Shown: one piece after another, positions 32,089 to 41,505 of the stretch
Numbering within the stretch: position 1 is the first letter of the stretch
Layout of the letters: each line of letters opens with the position of its first letter
Assembly: GCA_963721685.1 (NCBI GenBank)
Contig: CAVRJJ010000005.1
Location: 167,943-231,942, forward strand
Reading direction: 5' to 3'
From: an uncultured bacterium
GTDB lineage: Bacteria > Patescibacteriota > Saccharimonadia > UBA4664 > SCTI01
Length of the DNA stretch: 64,000 nucleotides
Translations under genes and position numbers: made by a program
Notes under the pieces: generated by a model
Told to the model about the DNA's origin: nothing
The model's database searches: none
What the model saw: the letters and a program-made list of their open reading frames with translations, nothing else

Positions 32089-33915
32089 ATGTGCGGGATT
32101 ATTGGCTATGTCGGGCCCCAAAAAGCAGCCCCCATACTGCTGTCCGGTTTGCGCCGCATGGAGTACCGCGGCTACGACTCGGCTGGAATGGCATTGTTGG
32201 ATAACCACTCCATTGAGCTGATTAAGCGTAAGGGTAAAATAGCGGAATTGGCGGCGGCGGTGCCCGACGGCGTGGCGGGAACAACCGGCATCGGCCATAC
32301 CCGGTGGGCGACCCACGGTAATCCCAGCGAACGTAACGCCCACCCGCACGTGGCTAGCAAAATCGCGTTGGTCCATAACGGTATTATTGAAAATTACGTC
32401 CAGCTCAAGGAAAAACTGGCAAAGGTGGGTGTTAAAACTTATAACAGCGATACCGATTCGGAGGTACTTGCCCATTTAATCAATCATGAGCTGAGTGAAG
32501 GCCGTAAGCTGCCGGAGGCGGTACGGCGCAGCCTGCAGCAGGTGGAGGGTACATTCGGCCTGGCGGTCATCAGTTCCGATGATCCCAACGTAATGGTGGC
32601 AGCCCGCCGTGGTAGCCCCTTGCTGTTGGGAATTGGCGAAGATGCCATGTTCATTGCCAGCGATGCCAGCGCCATTATTGGTTATACCGACCGTGTCGTG
32701 TACTTGGAAGACGATCAAGTCGCGGTTTGCCATGCCCGCCAGTACCGCTTATTTGACTTAAGTCGGCGCATTCACGAACCTTCAGTCACAACCTTAAAGC
32801 TTGAATTGGCCGCCATTGAGAAGGCCGGCTATGATCATTTCCTGCTAAAAGAAATTATGGAGCAGCCGGTATCGGTAGCCAACGCCTTGCGCGGCCGTCT
32901 TGATCTTAAGGGCGGAACCAGCCATTTGGGCGGGCTTAATGTACATGATAGCTTTTTGCGCCAACAGGAACGCTTCTTAATTATTGGCTGCGGCACAGCC
33001 TATTACGCGGGATTGGTAGGAAAGTACTTATTAGAGCGCATGACCGGAATTCCGGTGGATGTTGAAGTTGGCTCGGAGTTTCGTTACCGCGACCCAGCCT
33101 TAACGCCAGGAACGCTGGCTTTGCTGATTACCCAATCAGGGGAAACCGCCGACACGATGGCGTCATTAAAGGAGCTAAAGCGCCGCGGTGTCCCAACGTT
33201 GGGACTGGTTAATGTGGTGGGCTCTTCCATTGCCCGCGGGGTGGATGGGGGAGTGTATTTGCATGCCGGACCGGAGATATCGGTAGCTTCCACCAAGGCT
33301 TTCACCGCCCAAGTGGTTGGCCAGTTGATGGTTGGGTTGCAGGTGGGCAAGGCCCGCAATTTAAGCTTGCGGACAGGGCGTGAAATTGTACGGGCGTTGG
33401 AATCATTGCCGGAGGCCATTACCGAAGCGCTTAAACTGGCTCCGGAAGTAGAAAGGCTGGCTAAGAAGTACGCTAAATTTGAGCACGCCATGTACTTAGG
33501 CCGCGATAGCTTGTTCCCGGTAGCACTGGAGGGTTCGCACAAGCTCAAAGAATGTTCCTACATCCACGCCGAAGCCTATCCGGCCGGCGAGATGAAGCAC
33601 GGCGCCAACGCCTTAATAGACAAAGACTTACTTATGATATTTCTGGCACTCAAAAATGAGCTTTACGCTAAAACCATGAGTAACCTTCAGGAAGTGCGAG
33701 CGCGGGCCGGCACGGTAATCGCCGTGGCTACCGAAGGCGACACCGCTATTAAAAAGCAAGCCCAAGACGTTTTGTATGTACCTGATGTGTCTCCCTGGAT
33801 ACAACCTTTAGTCGCCAATATTCCCCTTCAACTTTTAGCTTATTATATTGCTGTCGAACGGGGGACGGACGTTGACCAGCCCCGCAATTTAGCGAAAAGC
33901 GTGACGGTGGAGTAG
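32089..33915 (+). CDS. glmS: Glutamine-fructose-6-phosphate aminotransferase
   Basis: MCGI, EYRGYDSAG, HTRWATHG, QSGETAD, PRNLAKSVTVE. Confidence 0.98.
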   Translation: MCGIIGYVGPQKAAPILLSGLRRMEYRGYDSAGMALLDNHSIELIKRKGKIAELAAAVPDGVAGTTGIGHTRWATHGNPSERNAHPHVASKIALVHNGIIENYVQLKEKLAKVGVKTYNSDTDSEVLAHLINHELSEGRKLPEAVRRSLQQVEGTFGLAVISSDDPNVMVAARRGSPLLLGIGEDAMFIASDASAIIGYTDRVVYLEDDQVAVCHARQYRLFDLSRRIHEPSVTTLKLELAAIEKAGYDHFLLKEIMEQPVSVANALRGRLDLKGGTSHLGGLNVHDSFLRQQERFLIIGCGTAYYAGLVGKYLLERMTGIPVDVEVGSEFRYRDPALTPGTLALLITQSGETADTMASLKELKRRGVPTLGLVNVVGSSIARGVDGGVYLHAGPEISVASTKAFTAQVVGQLMVGLQVGKARNLSLRTGREIVRALESLPEAITEALKLAPEVERLAKKYAKFEHAMYLGRDSLFPVALEGSHKLKECSYIHAEAYPAGEMKHGANALIDKDLLMIFLALKNELYAKTMSNLQEVRARAGTVIAVATEGDTAIKKQAQDVLYVPDVSPWIQPLVANIPLQLLAYYIAVERGTDVDQPRNLAKSVTVE

Positions 33916-33927
33916 CCTCAAATTTAA

Positions 33928-33956
33928 TTGACATTTCGCTTTTTGTTCGCCATACT
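33928..33956 (+). promoter_or_regulatory. lexA promoter with candidate operator in spacer
   Basis: TTGACA-N17-CATACT; spacer contains the direct repeat TTCGC-N6-TTCGC. Confidence 0.6.
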
Positions 33957-33996
33957 AAAACCAAACACTATTATTCATAATTATGAGGGAGGTTGC

Positions 33997-34617
33997 ATGG
34001 CGGAACCGCTGACAAAACGGCAAAAGGAGGTACTGGACTACGTAACCCAGTACATCGAAGTTAATGGGTACGCGCCAAGTTACCGCGAGATTGCCGAGGC
34101 GTTTCACCTTGGTTCAGTTGCCACCGTGGCCGACCATGTTGAAACTCTGGTTGCTAAAGGCTTACTGAAAAAAGGTGATAACTCTGCCCGTTCCCTGCAA
34201 TTGGTAAAAGAAGAAGATTTCAACAGCGACCATTTCGTTGGGCTGCCTATCCTTGGTATGATTGCCGCCGGCCAGCCCATCCAAACCATGACCGGCCACG
34301 CCGAAACCTTGGAGGTGCCCCAATTTATGGTAGGCACGAAGAATTCTTACGTGCTGCAAGTGAAGGGCGACTCGATGATTGAAGAAGGCATTTTTGAGGG
34401 GGATTACGTGGTCATCCAAGAGAAGGAAGTCCCTTCCAACGGGGATATGGTTGTGGCGCTTGTTAATAACGAAGAAGCGACCTTAAAGCGCTACTATAAG
34501 GAAAAGGGCCATACCCGGTTGCAGCCGTCAAACGACGCTTATGACCCTATCATTGTGCCAGCTTCCACCCCCTTAAAAATCCAAGGAGTATGCATTGGGG
34601 TCATCCGCAAATACTAA
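33997..34617 (+). CDS. lexA: SOS repressor LexA
   Basis: LTKRQ, PSYREIA wHTH, IAAG cleavage site, GDSM Ser, TLKR Lys; GGAGG RBS. Confidence 0.95.
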   Translation: MAEPLTKRQKEVLDYVTQYIEVNGYAPSYREIAEAFHLGSVATVADHVETLVAKGLLKKGDNSARSLQLVKEEDFNSDHFVGLPILGMIAAGQPIQTMTGHAETLEVPQFMVGTKNSYVLQVKGDSMIEEGIFEGDYVVIQEKEVPSNGDMVVALVNNEEATLKRYYKEKGHTRLQPSNDAYDPIIVPASTPLKIQGVCIGVIRKY

Positions 34618-34722
34618 TAATAAACGCTACCTCCGCCGTCTTTTCCGCAAATACCTTTTTTCTTACACCTTCGAGCCGCTAACGCCGCCTAAAAAGGACT
34701 CAGCGAAGTCAAAAAACCAGAG

Positions 34723-34752
34723 TTGACCAGATAGAGCCGGGAATCGTATACT
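34723..34752 (+). promoter_or_regulatory. tRNA promoter
   Basis: TTGACC-N18-TATACT. Confidence 0.55.
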
Positions 34753-34770
34753 GTCGAAGTACTTACGCGA

Positions 34771-34845
34771 TCCGGCGTAGCTCAGTGGTAGAGCAGTTGA
34801 CTGTTAATCAATTGGTCGCAGGTTCGAATCCTGCCGCCGGAGCCA
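34771..34845 (+). tRNA. tRNA-Asn (GTT)
   Basis: TCCGGCG acceptor stem, TAGCTCAGTGGTAGAGC D arm, CTGTTAA anticodon loop, GGTTCGAATCC T arm, encoded CCA. Confidence 0.98.
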
Positions 34846-34888
34846 AAGGCGAGAAGATAACTTCTGTTATCGCCTCGCCTTTTGTTTT
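34845..34888 (+). terminator. Hairpin after tRNA (intrinsic terminator-like, duplicated at about 35575-35618)
   Basis: AAAGGCGAG-aa-GATAAC-ttct-GTTATC-gc-CTCGCCTTT followed by a T-rich tract. Confidence 0.7.
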
Positions 34889-35018
34889 GGCAGGCAGGCT
34901 CCAAACCTAGGTTCGGTGGATGAGGAAATAGAATACAACGACTAAGCCAGACGTACACGTGGTATACTTCGATTAATATATACTTCAAGTATCACGTCCT
35001 ATTATTAACAAGGGGAGC

Positions 35019-35476
35019 ATGCCATTAAAACAAGCATTCTAGATGATGAGTTGAAGCAAATCCGAGAGTTAGACAAAATCACCAGCGATGCGTCAGAATT
35101 CTTTAATGTCCCTTACGCGATGATAAATCTCGTAACATCGGATAGAGTTATATTCAAGTCTTGTACTGGTCTGGTTGTGGGCGATTCATTGGATCGTAAT
35201 GGTTCATTTTGCTCAGCGGCTTCGCAAAAAGATAGTCCGCTGGTCATAAAAGATGCGACTCAGGACTCTTACTTTAAAACTAATCCGCTGGTCGTTGGAA
35301 GCTTAAAAATACGATCATATGCTGGAAAATCATTACATGCACCTGACGGCACACGGATGGGCACTCTCTGCCTCCTCGATACAGTACCAAGAGATTACAC
35401 GAAGGAGCAGCTTCGTTCTTTGACGGACCGGGCAAAGCTGGCGAGCATAACGCTACATGCGATTTTAACTACCTAG
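35019..35476 (+). CDS. Stand-alone GAF domain protein (5' frameshift in AAAA run; intact frame from 35051)
   Basis: SFC, DATQDSYFKTNPLV, IRSYAG, GTLCLLDTVPR typical of GAF. Confidence 0.8.
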
Positions 35477-35717
35477 CCAATTGCGCCTGGTGCCGCGGTG
35501 CGCAACATCCCCAACAATTTCTTTTGTGGTCATGGCAGGTTAAGCAGTTTGAAAATCGTCCCAGATGGGGAGCCAAAGGCGAGAAGATAACATCGGTTAT
35601 CGCCTCGCCCTTTGTTTTAGATGGAGGGATGCGAAACCTGGGTTCGGTGGATGAGGAAATGGATGAGAATGCACGCCAGTATATTCTTTCCAATGACGAA
35701 GGAGGTGGCGAAGCCAC

Positions 35718-35749
35718 AATCCTGCCGCCAGAGCCATTGCACTTATGCC
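35718..35749 (+). repeat. Displaced tRNA-Asn 3' end (att-like) followed by the TTGCACTTATG arm
   Basis: AATCCTGCCGCCAGAGCCA matches tRNA 34827-34845 at 18/19 nt. Confidence 0.9.
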
Positions 35750-35777
35750 TGTTCCATCATTCTGTTATTGTTAACGA

Positions 35778-36239
35778 ATGCGGAGACATCCATAAATAGC
35801 ATCGCTTATTCTCGCAGTAATATTAGTGCCCTCTCTTTTTTTCGGCTTTCAAGCAGTCAAAGAGGAAAGTACTAAGAGTAATATAAAATCGGAGCTAGCT
35901 TCATTTAAAACCCCCAATGGTTGCACAGAAGTCGACAGAGCTTACCAAGCAGGAGGAATTGATGTTAAGTCCTTATGGTACGTTTACTATGAGTGCAGTG
36001 CCACGGTAGGGGTCATTCATTCTGACTTAATGAGTGCTTTGAAGAAAAATGGCTATATTGTCAGTGATGACCCTTTTGACAAAGAAGAGCATTTTGACCG
36101 GCACCTCAGCATTCCATTTTATAAATCACAAGAGTATTTGGCTTCCTGCGCCTTTGATTTTTCAGAATGGGAAGAAAGTGGTAAAACTTTTGAAAATCGT
36201 AATGTCAAAAAGATCACTCTTTCTCTAAGAAAAATATAA
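35778..36239 (+). pseudogene. Membrane-anchored hypothetical protein with in-frame TAA at codon 6
   Basis: ATG at 35778 reads MRRHP*IASLILAVILV and continues into ORF 35826-36239. Confidence 0.5.
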
Positions 36240-36337
36240 GCATTTAGAGTAGATTTCTTCCAGACCCTGTTTTACGCACCGAAGGTAGCGGTTAGTCGCT
36301 TAGCTTCCTCTAAATCACAATCAAACTCTGTTTCTTT

Positions 36338-36381
36338 GTTCTGGAACAAGACCGCTAGGGGGAGCCATTGCACTTATGTTT
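36338..36381 (+). repeat. att-like junction
   Basis: GTTCT-N18-GGAGCCATTGCACTTATGTTT. Confidence 0.85.
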
Positions 36382-36383
36382 GC

Positions 36384-38156
36384 TCAATTCAAGTTAAAAG
36401 AAAAATTGTCAGGATTTATATCATAGTCTGGAGCAAGTTTTTTAAATTCGGCTAAGAAAATACGATGAGCTTGGACTTTTAGTTGCGGAGGTACTTTTTG
36501 GCCTTCTGCTAAGCCAAGTCTCTGTAAGGTTCTACTTCCTGCCTCTTCAAGGGCTTTAGTGCGATGGCTGGTTAGCGATTCGGGTGCGTCCGTGGTCGGT
36601 TCACTTCCTAAGGCAATCCCTTCAGCTATTTGCGTAGGGATTTTAGGTGACGGCCTACCGACAAAAGCTTCTTGTAAATCTTCGGGCAAAGCCTTTACTA
36701 GTTCAAGAATTTTATCGGCCTCCGCGTCGCTCGCGTATAAAACGATGCCGTCAGCCCGCAATGATATCTTCTCGCCGCGTGCTGCTCGTTGTGTATCCTG
36801 GCATAGTTCCATAGCCCGATCCAGCATTTTGCCGTGGACTGTCAGACCTGATTCATTAGCTGCCTTCATAAGCGCTGAAAAAACCTTTACAGAATCCTCG
36901 GGTCTCGGGTTCAGGTAAATCCGCTTGGTCATTTCAGTATTTTGATTTCGCCCTTCCGCTTTAGCCTTAGCGTAGGAGTCACTTGACCAGTGAATAAATT
37001 GTCCTGAAACTTCTTCCTGAAAGCGTATATTAGGCCTTACCCCACGAACTTTGCCATCTGTGCTTAATATATTAATTGGTCTTGGTTCGCCGGGTATAGG
37101 AATAGGTAAGCCCTCAAACTGTATATCCTGTCCGCGAGCATGTGCACCAGCGGCAACTTTACTAAAGAATTCCCTTCCATCTGGATCGCCATCTCTTAGT
37201 TCTTGTTGATATCTAGTCCTGGCATCAACCAATAATTTCCTTTCGCCGCGACCGAGTTCGCCTGAAACCGCAATTTTTAAATTATCGGCGATCATTGCTC
37301 TGATTTGGCTATGAATATCAGCGAGCGTACCAGGCTTTTGGGCCGCTTCATAGTCATCCTGGGTCGCAGGCACTTTATCTAAAAATACCTTTAAGACGGT
37401 TGCTTCGCCTTCTGGATTTGTAAGCACTTCATTCAATAGATTCATAACGAAATCCTCGGAAAAGCCGCGCGATATTTTTTCAGCCTCTTCAAATGATGAG
37501 GCTCTAAATGGCAACTTTTCTTTTGATTTCGCTTCTTTTTCTTCTAAATCGACTAAGTCTTTGTATTCACCTAGCCTATAGTCATCATATCCCGGTGCTT
37601 TCAAGCGAATCATTTGCATCATAACTTTTTTTGCTATATTCACCTTTGCTAACTCTTCTTTGCGCCATTCTTTATCCTCACGGTTGGGACTGATACGGAC
37701 TGCATGTTCGCCATTGCTCCAAGCGTATCCAACATCAACGGCGTTCGCGCTTCCGCTTGCAATGATTTTTTGAGCGATGGCATCAATATCTGCGACATCA
37801 AGCTGGGTGGGGTAGATAGTACTTTCGGTATCTACGGGCTCTTCGGGTCTTTGATCTTCCGGGACACGCCTTCTAGTTTCCCTGACAACATTTAATAAGT
37901 TCTGGCTAGATCTATCGAATTCATCCGAATTAGTAATACTTTGAGCGACAGAATCTATAAGATTACCTCTGATGGTTTGAAGCTGTTCATCTGAGAATCG
38001 TTCGTAAGGATTTGGCGCTGTTTCGCTTTCTACTTTCGGCTGGCCAGCTTCGGGTTTTCCCTGTATAGCCTCAAGCTCTTCGGCCAAAGCTTCCCCTGAA
38101 AAGGTTTTAGTCTCAGATTGTGCTTCTGGTGTTGTAGTGCCCTCAGGATTACTCAT
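36384..38156 (-). CDS. Acidic 590-aa protein with C-terminal HopA1-effector-like domain
   Basis: RIYLNP...GKM...RADGIVLY...P...GIALGSEP...ESLTSHR pattern resembles the HopA1 family. Confidence 0.55.
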   Translation of the reverse strand: MSNPEGTTTPEAQSETKTFSGEALAEELEAIQGKPEAGQPKVESETAPNPYERFSDEQLQTIRGNLIDSVAQSITNSDEFDRSSQNLLNVVRETRRRVPEDQRPEEPVDTESTIYPTQLDVADIDAIAQKIIASGSANAVDVGYAWSNGEHAVRISPNREDKEWRKEELAKVNIAKKVMMQMIRLKAPGYDDYRLGEYKDLVDLEEKEAKSKEKLPFRASSFEEAEKISRGFSEDFVMNLLNEVLTNPEGEATVLKVFLDKVPATQDDYEAAQKPGTLADIHSQIRAMIADNLKIAVSGELGRGERKLLVDARTRYQQELRDGDPDGREFFSKVAAGAHARGQDIQFEGLPIPIPGEPRPINILSTDGKVRGVRPNIRFQEEVSGQFIHWSSDSYAKAKAEGRNQNTEMTKRIYLNPRPEDSVKVFSALMKAANESGLTVHGKMLDRAMELCQDTQRAARGEKISLRADGIVLYASDAEADKILELVKALPEDLQEAFVGRPSPKIPTQIAEGIALGSEPTTDAPESLTSHRTKALEEAGSRTLQRLGLAEGQKVPPQLKVQAHRIFLAEFKKLAPDYDINPDNFSFNLN

Positions 38157-38274
38157 ATACTCATTAAACGCTACCTATGCTTCAAAGTCTAACCTGGGAA
38201 ATAGCCGCGCGATTGACAAGTTTTCGCCAGGTTGAAGTAACTTCCCGATTTCTATCACCTCGTGCAGATATCCA

Positions 38275-38317
38275 GTTCGTAACGTCCGGGGCAAAGGGAG
38301 CCGTTGCACTTATGTTT
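38275..38317 (+). repeat. att-like junction
   Basis: GTTCG-N17-GGAGCCGTTGCACTTATGTTT. Confidence 0.85.
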
Positions 38318-38338
38318 ATAACCTGACACTATGAAGCT

Positions 38339-38854
38339 ATGATGAATCTCTATCATTTTGTTCCAGAAAACATGCAAGGGTCTGTTCTCTATTCACTTAA
38401 TGACATGAAGACAAAAATTCCCAAGCTTTTTAACCAACAGGCAGCTAAATATAAAGAGAGGGAGGAGGTGAAAGAAACGGCTATTCCGGGCTTAGGTGGC
38501 TGGAATGATGTTATCCATTTGTCTCCAATAGATCCGAACAAGGTTATGGCGGCGCTAAAAAATGCTAGTGTCCCGACCGACTTTGCATGGAAAGCGTTTC
38601 AGATCAACGCAGACACACTTGATTGGGCTAAGCTTATTATCATGGTGACTGTTAAAGACGAAGATGGTTACCACAAAGAGTTTCTGCCTTTTACCAAAGA
38701 GAACTACGAAAAGCACAATGACGTCCCCGAACTTACAAAGCAGTACTATTCAGAATGCGTTGCAAAAGGGGAACAGCCTTTAACCTATGGCGGTGCTCCT
38801 CATGTACTATATAAGGGCGTCATTGACACAAAAAGTTTGAAAATTATCTCTTAG
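38339..38854 (+). CDS. Conserved hypothetical protein
   Basis: LYHFVP...LYSLN...WNDVIHLSP...PHVLYKG; single-gene unit between two junctions. Confidence 0.7.
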   Translation: MMNLYHFVPENMQGSVLYSLNDMKTKIPKLFNQQAAKYKEREEVKETAIPGLGGWNDVIHLSPIDPNKVMAALKNASVPTDFAWKAFQINADTLDWAKLIIMVTVKDEDGYHKEFLPFTKENYEKHNDVPELTKQYYSECVAKGEQPLTYGGAPHVLYKGVIDTKSLKIIS

Positions 38855-38877
38855 GGGGAGCCAATTTTGCATTTATA
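38835..38877 (+). repeat. att-like junction overlapping cargo gene 3' end
   Basis: GTTTG-N17-GGAGCCA then ATTTTGCATTTAT. Confidence 0.75.
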
Positions 38878-39014
38878 GACGCCAAAGCTGCCTCTTCTAA
38901 GGGTAGCTCTCTGTTATGGGTTGGAGTCATTTAGATATGCAGCACGCCATCTTTTATTTTTTCTTCTAGCATAAGGAAAAAGGAAAAAATATATTTCAAA
39001 AAGCTAATGATGAC

Positions 39015-39081
39015 GACATATGATACGACATAGTATTAATAGAGTTGACATAGGACACGACATAGTGTAGTATTAAGACAT
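39015..39081 (+). promoter_or_regulatory. Promoter overlapped by GACATA direct repeats
   Basis: TTGACA(39045)-N17-TAGTAT; GACATA at 39015, 39027, 39047, 39059. Confidence 0.6.
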
Positions 39082-39082
39082 T

Positions 39083-40111
39083 ATGACTATTCAGGAACAG
39101 ATTCAAGCTGTCGCCAAAAACAAGAAAGTTTTCAAAACTTCAGACGTAGCCAAGGAAGCACCAGAGTTTTCAAGGCAATACATTAGTTCGATAATTAGCG
39201 ATCAAGTAAGAAAAGGTACCCTCGTAAGGGAGGGATCAGGTCGCTGGTCTACTTACGCGCTTCCACAATATAAAGATTATTTAGGCCATAGATTACGAAG
39301 GCGCCTAAAGCTTAATGGCCTCAAAGAGCATGAAGTACTTGACGATATCATGCGGGTTAGTACCTTGCTAACAAGGATACCTGAAAATATTCAAAGCATA
39401 TTCAACTATGCTTTTTCTGAAATGCTAAATAACGCCATAGATCACTCTCGCTCTAAAAATGCTGTAACTGAAGTCATAGAAGAAGATGAAGGGCTCAAAT
39501 TCATAGTTGATGACTTCGGGGTTGGGGTTTTCCGTAATGTTATGCAAGAAAGGAACCTTAACTCTGAGCTAGAGGCAATCCAGGACTTACTTAAAGGCAA
39601 AACAACTACAGCCCCTCAGGCCCATTCAGGCGAAGGTATTTTCTTTACTTCTAAAGCAGCCGATGTGTTTATGCTAGAAAGCTTTGGTTTAAGATTAAGA
39701 ATAGACAATAAGATTAAAGATATTTTCGTGGAAGAGGTTGGCACGGAGAAAAAGGGTACCAGAGTAACTTTTGAAGTTTCCACAAAATCAAAGAAGCACT
39801 TAGCAGATTTATTCGCTAAATATCAGACTCACTCTGAAGAACCAGCGTTTGATAAGACCGAAATCCAAGTAAGGCTTTACACCATGGGTACTATCTATGT
39901 CTCCAGGTCACAGGCTAGAAGGGTGTTAACTGGTCTGAACAAATTTCGCACAGTAATCCTTGATTTCGAAAATGTTCCAACTATTGGGCAAGCATTTGCA
40001 GACGAGATTTTTAGAGTATTCAAAAATGCGAATCCAAATATCACAATTAAGATCGCAAACGCGAATGAGGCAGTTCAGTTTATGATTATACGATCCCAGT
40101 CATCCAGTTGA
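39083..40111 (+). CDS. wHTH + HATPase-like + DUF4325 (STAS-like) protein
   Basis: N-terminal wHTH; EMLNNAIDH, DFGVG, HSGEGIFFTS; SRSQARR...LDF...GQAFADEIFRVF. Confidence 0.8.
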   Translation: MTIQEQIQAVAKNKKVFKTSDVAKEAPEFSRQYISSIISDQVRKGTLVREGSGRWSTYALPQYKDYLGHRLRRRLKLNGLKEHEVLDDIMRVSTLLTRIPENIQSIFNYAFSEMLNNAIDHSRSKNAVTEVIEEDEGLKFIVDDFGVGVFRNVMQERNLNSELEAIQDLLKGKTTTAPQAHSGEGIFFTSKAADVFMLESFGLRLRIDNKIKDIFVEEVGTEKKGTRVTFEVSTKSKKHLADLFAKYQTHSEEPAFDKTEIQVRLYTMGTIYVSRSQARRVLTGLNKFRTVILDFENVPTIGQAFADEIFRVFKNANPNITIKIANANEAVQFMIIRSQSSS

Positions 40112-40183
40112 CATAAGATTTAGACATAGAATTTTAGTTGCCGACATAACATCCAATTTATTGATATGGCATGTTCACTGCGG

Positions 40184-40204
40184 AGAGCCATTGCACTTAT
40201 GTTT
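40184..40204 (+). repeat. att-like junction
   Basis: AGAGCCATTGCACTTATGTTT; overlaps the stop codon of the DUF1905 gene. Confidence 0.85.
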
Positions 40205-40484
40205 AGAACTCTCGCAACTTGAAAGATATGCGTACTTTATCACCTAGCTCAAGCTTTTCGCTTTTTCGCACCTTAGTATTTATAGCAATGAAGTGTGTGC
40301 CATCGCCCATAGGCAGCAGGGAGGTTGGCCAGGTACTACTTCCTAGGGTTGCCTCAACAGCAATCAACCCCCGGTCTGCAAGTTCATGCAGCGGTTGACT
40401 AACGCTCAACGGTGCGGCGACATAATACCAACCCCCTTCCTGGGGGAAAAGTTGCAGTACCCCACTAAAGCTAAATGGCTTCAT
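40203..40484 (-). CDS. DUF1905 domain protein
   Basis: GGWYYV, WPTSLLPMGDGTHFI, VRKSEKLELGD. Confidence 0.85.
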   Translation of the reverse strand: MKPFSFSGVLQLFPQEGGWYYVAAPLSVSQPLHELADRGLIAVEATLGSSTWPTSLLPMGDGTHFIAINTKVRKSEKLELGDKVRISFKLREF

Positions 40485-40569
40485 GAGCCAATTATATATG
40501 ATGATCAATAGCAATCTTTATCTTGATAGCTTTTAGAACGGCTAAAACATGCTTGCTATAATGAGCGGG

Positions 40570-41457
40570 ATGCCAGAACCAACTCAGCCAAATTATTCCA
40601 AGCAAATAAGTTCAGATTTTCCTAACTTGGTTGTTGAAAAAGTAGAAAAACTTGGTACGGGTTGGGATCATGTTGCGCTGGAAGTAAATGATTCTTTGAT
40701 CTTCCGTTTTCCGCGGGATATTTCTGATGTAGATGAGATTTCCCAGACTGTCGTTTACGAGACGAAGGTATTGCGGCATCTGCAGGACAAACTGCCCGTT
40801 GCTATACCGGACCCACAGCATATTGCTCCCGATCATGCTTATTTTGGCTATCCAAAACTCCAAGGCGAAAAGCTCATTGATATTTTGCCAAGCTTTAGCG
40901 AAGCTGACAAAGCCGCCTTGTGGGACGATTGGGTGGATATAGCGACTGCCATTCATCAGAATGTATCTGTTGATATGGCTCGCAAACTTGGTGTGCCGAA
41001 CTTGGATATTCATATAGAGACAGCAAAGGAGGTTTTCAGCTTAGAAAATATTGACTCTCAGGTTGTAAGCTTTGCCCAGAATACTATAGAAGCGGCGGAA
41101 GCAATTGACATGAATAAGCTGCCACTTTTGTTTATCCATAACGACCTACAATTTCATAATTTGCTCGTCGACCCTGAAACAAAACGGGTTATCGCGGTCA
41201 TTGACTGGACAGATGTTTGTATAGGTACGACGGAGAGGGAGTTAGCAATGTGGGAGTGGTGCCATGATGATCAGCTAGATGAAGTGGCTAAAAGATATAC
41301 AGCTAAGACAGGTAGGGCGGTTGACAGAGACCAGGCAAAAGTTTTTAGGAAGATTGAAGAAGTAGGCGATTACGTCGAGCAGATAAAAAGTGGTGATCTT
41401 GAAGGGGTCGAAGAATCCTTAGCACATATTCGAAAATGGATTGCCGAAGTCGCATGA
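40570..41457 (+). CDS. Aminoglycoside phosphotransferase (APH)-family kinase
   Basis: LGTGWD, IFRFPR, HNDLQFHNLL, VIDWTD. Confidence 0.85.
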   Translation: MPEPTQPNYSKQISSDFPNLVVEKVEKLGTGWDHVALEVNDSLIFRFPRDISDVDEISQTVVYETKVLRHLQDKLPVAIPDPQHIAPDHAYFGYPKLQGEKLIDILPSFSEADKAALWDDWVDIATAIHQNVSVDMARKLGVPNLDIHIETAKEVFSLENIDSQVVSFAQNTIEAAEAIDMNKLPLLFIHNDLQFHNLLVDPETKRVIAVIDWTDVCIGTTERELAMWEWCHDDQLDEVAKRYTAKTGRAVDRDQAKVFRKIEEVGDYVEQIKSGDLEGVEESLAHIRKWIAEVA

Positions 41458-41505
41458 GGTATACGCGTCCATTTTGCGTAATATTATGAATGATATGATA
41501 ATGCA

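Larger units (their letters stand above)
34839..35660 (+). repeat. Imperfect ~91-bp direct repeat (34839-34929 and 35569-35660) starting at the tRNA 3' GGAGCCA
   Basis: Both copies read GGAGCCAAAGGCGAGAAGATAAC...GTTATCGCCTCGCC...AAACCT.GGTTCGGTGGATGAGGAAAT. Confidence 0.9.

Noticed and set aside
34782-34988. 68-aa minus-strand ORF and the many other short overlapping ORFs in the track
   Set aside because: These are shadow frames antisense to the tRNA or to well-supported genes.
35474-35487. TAGCCAATTGCGCC after the GAF stop as an extra junction
   Set aside because: The match is too short and degenerate to support.
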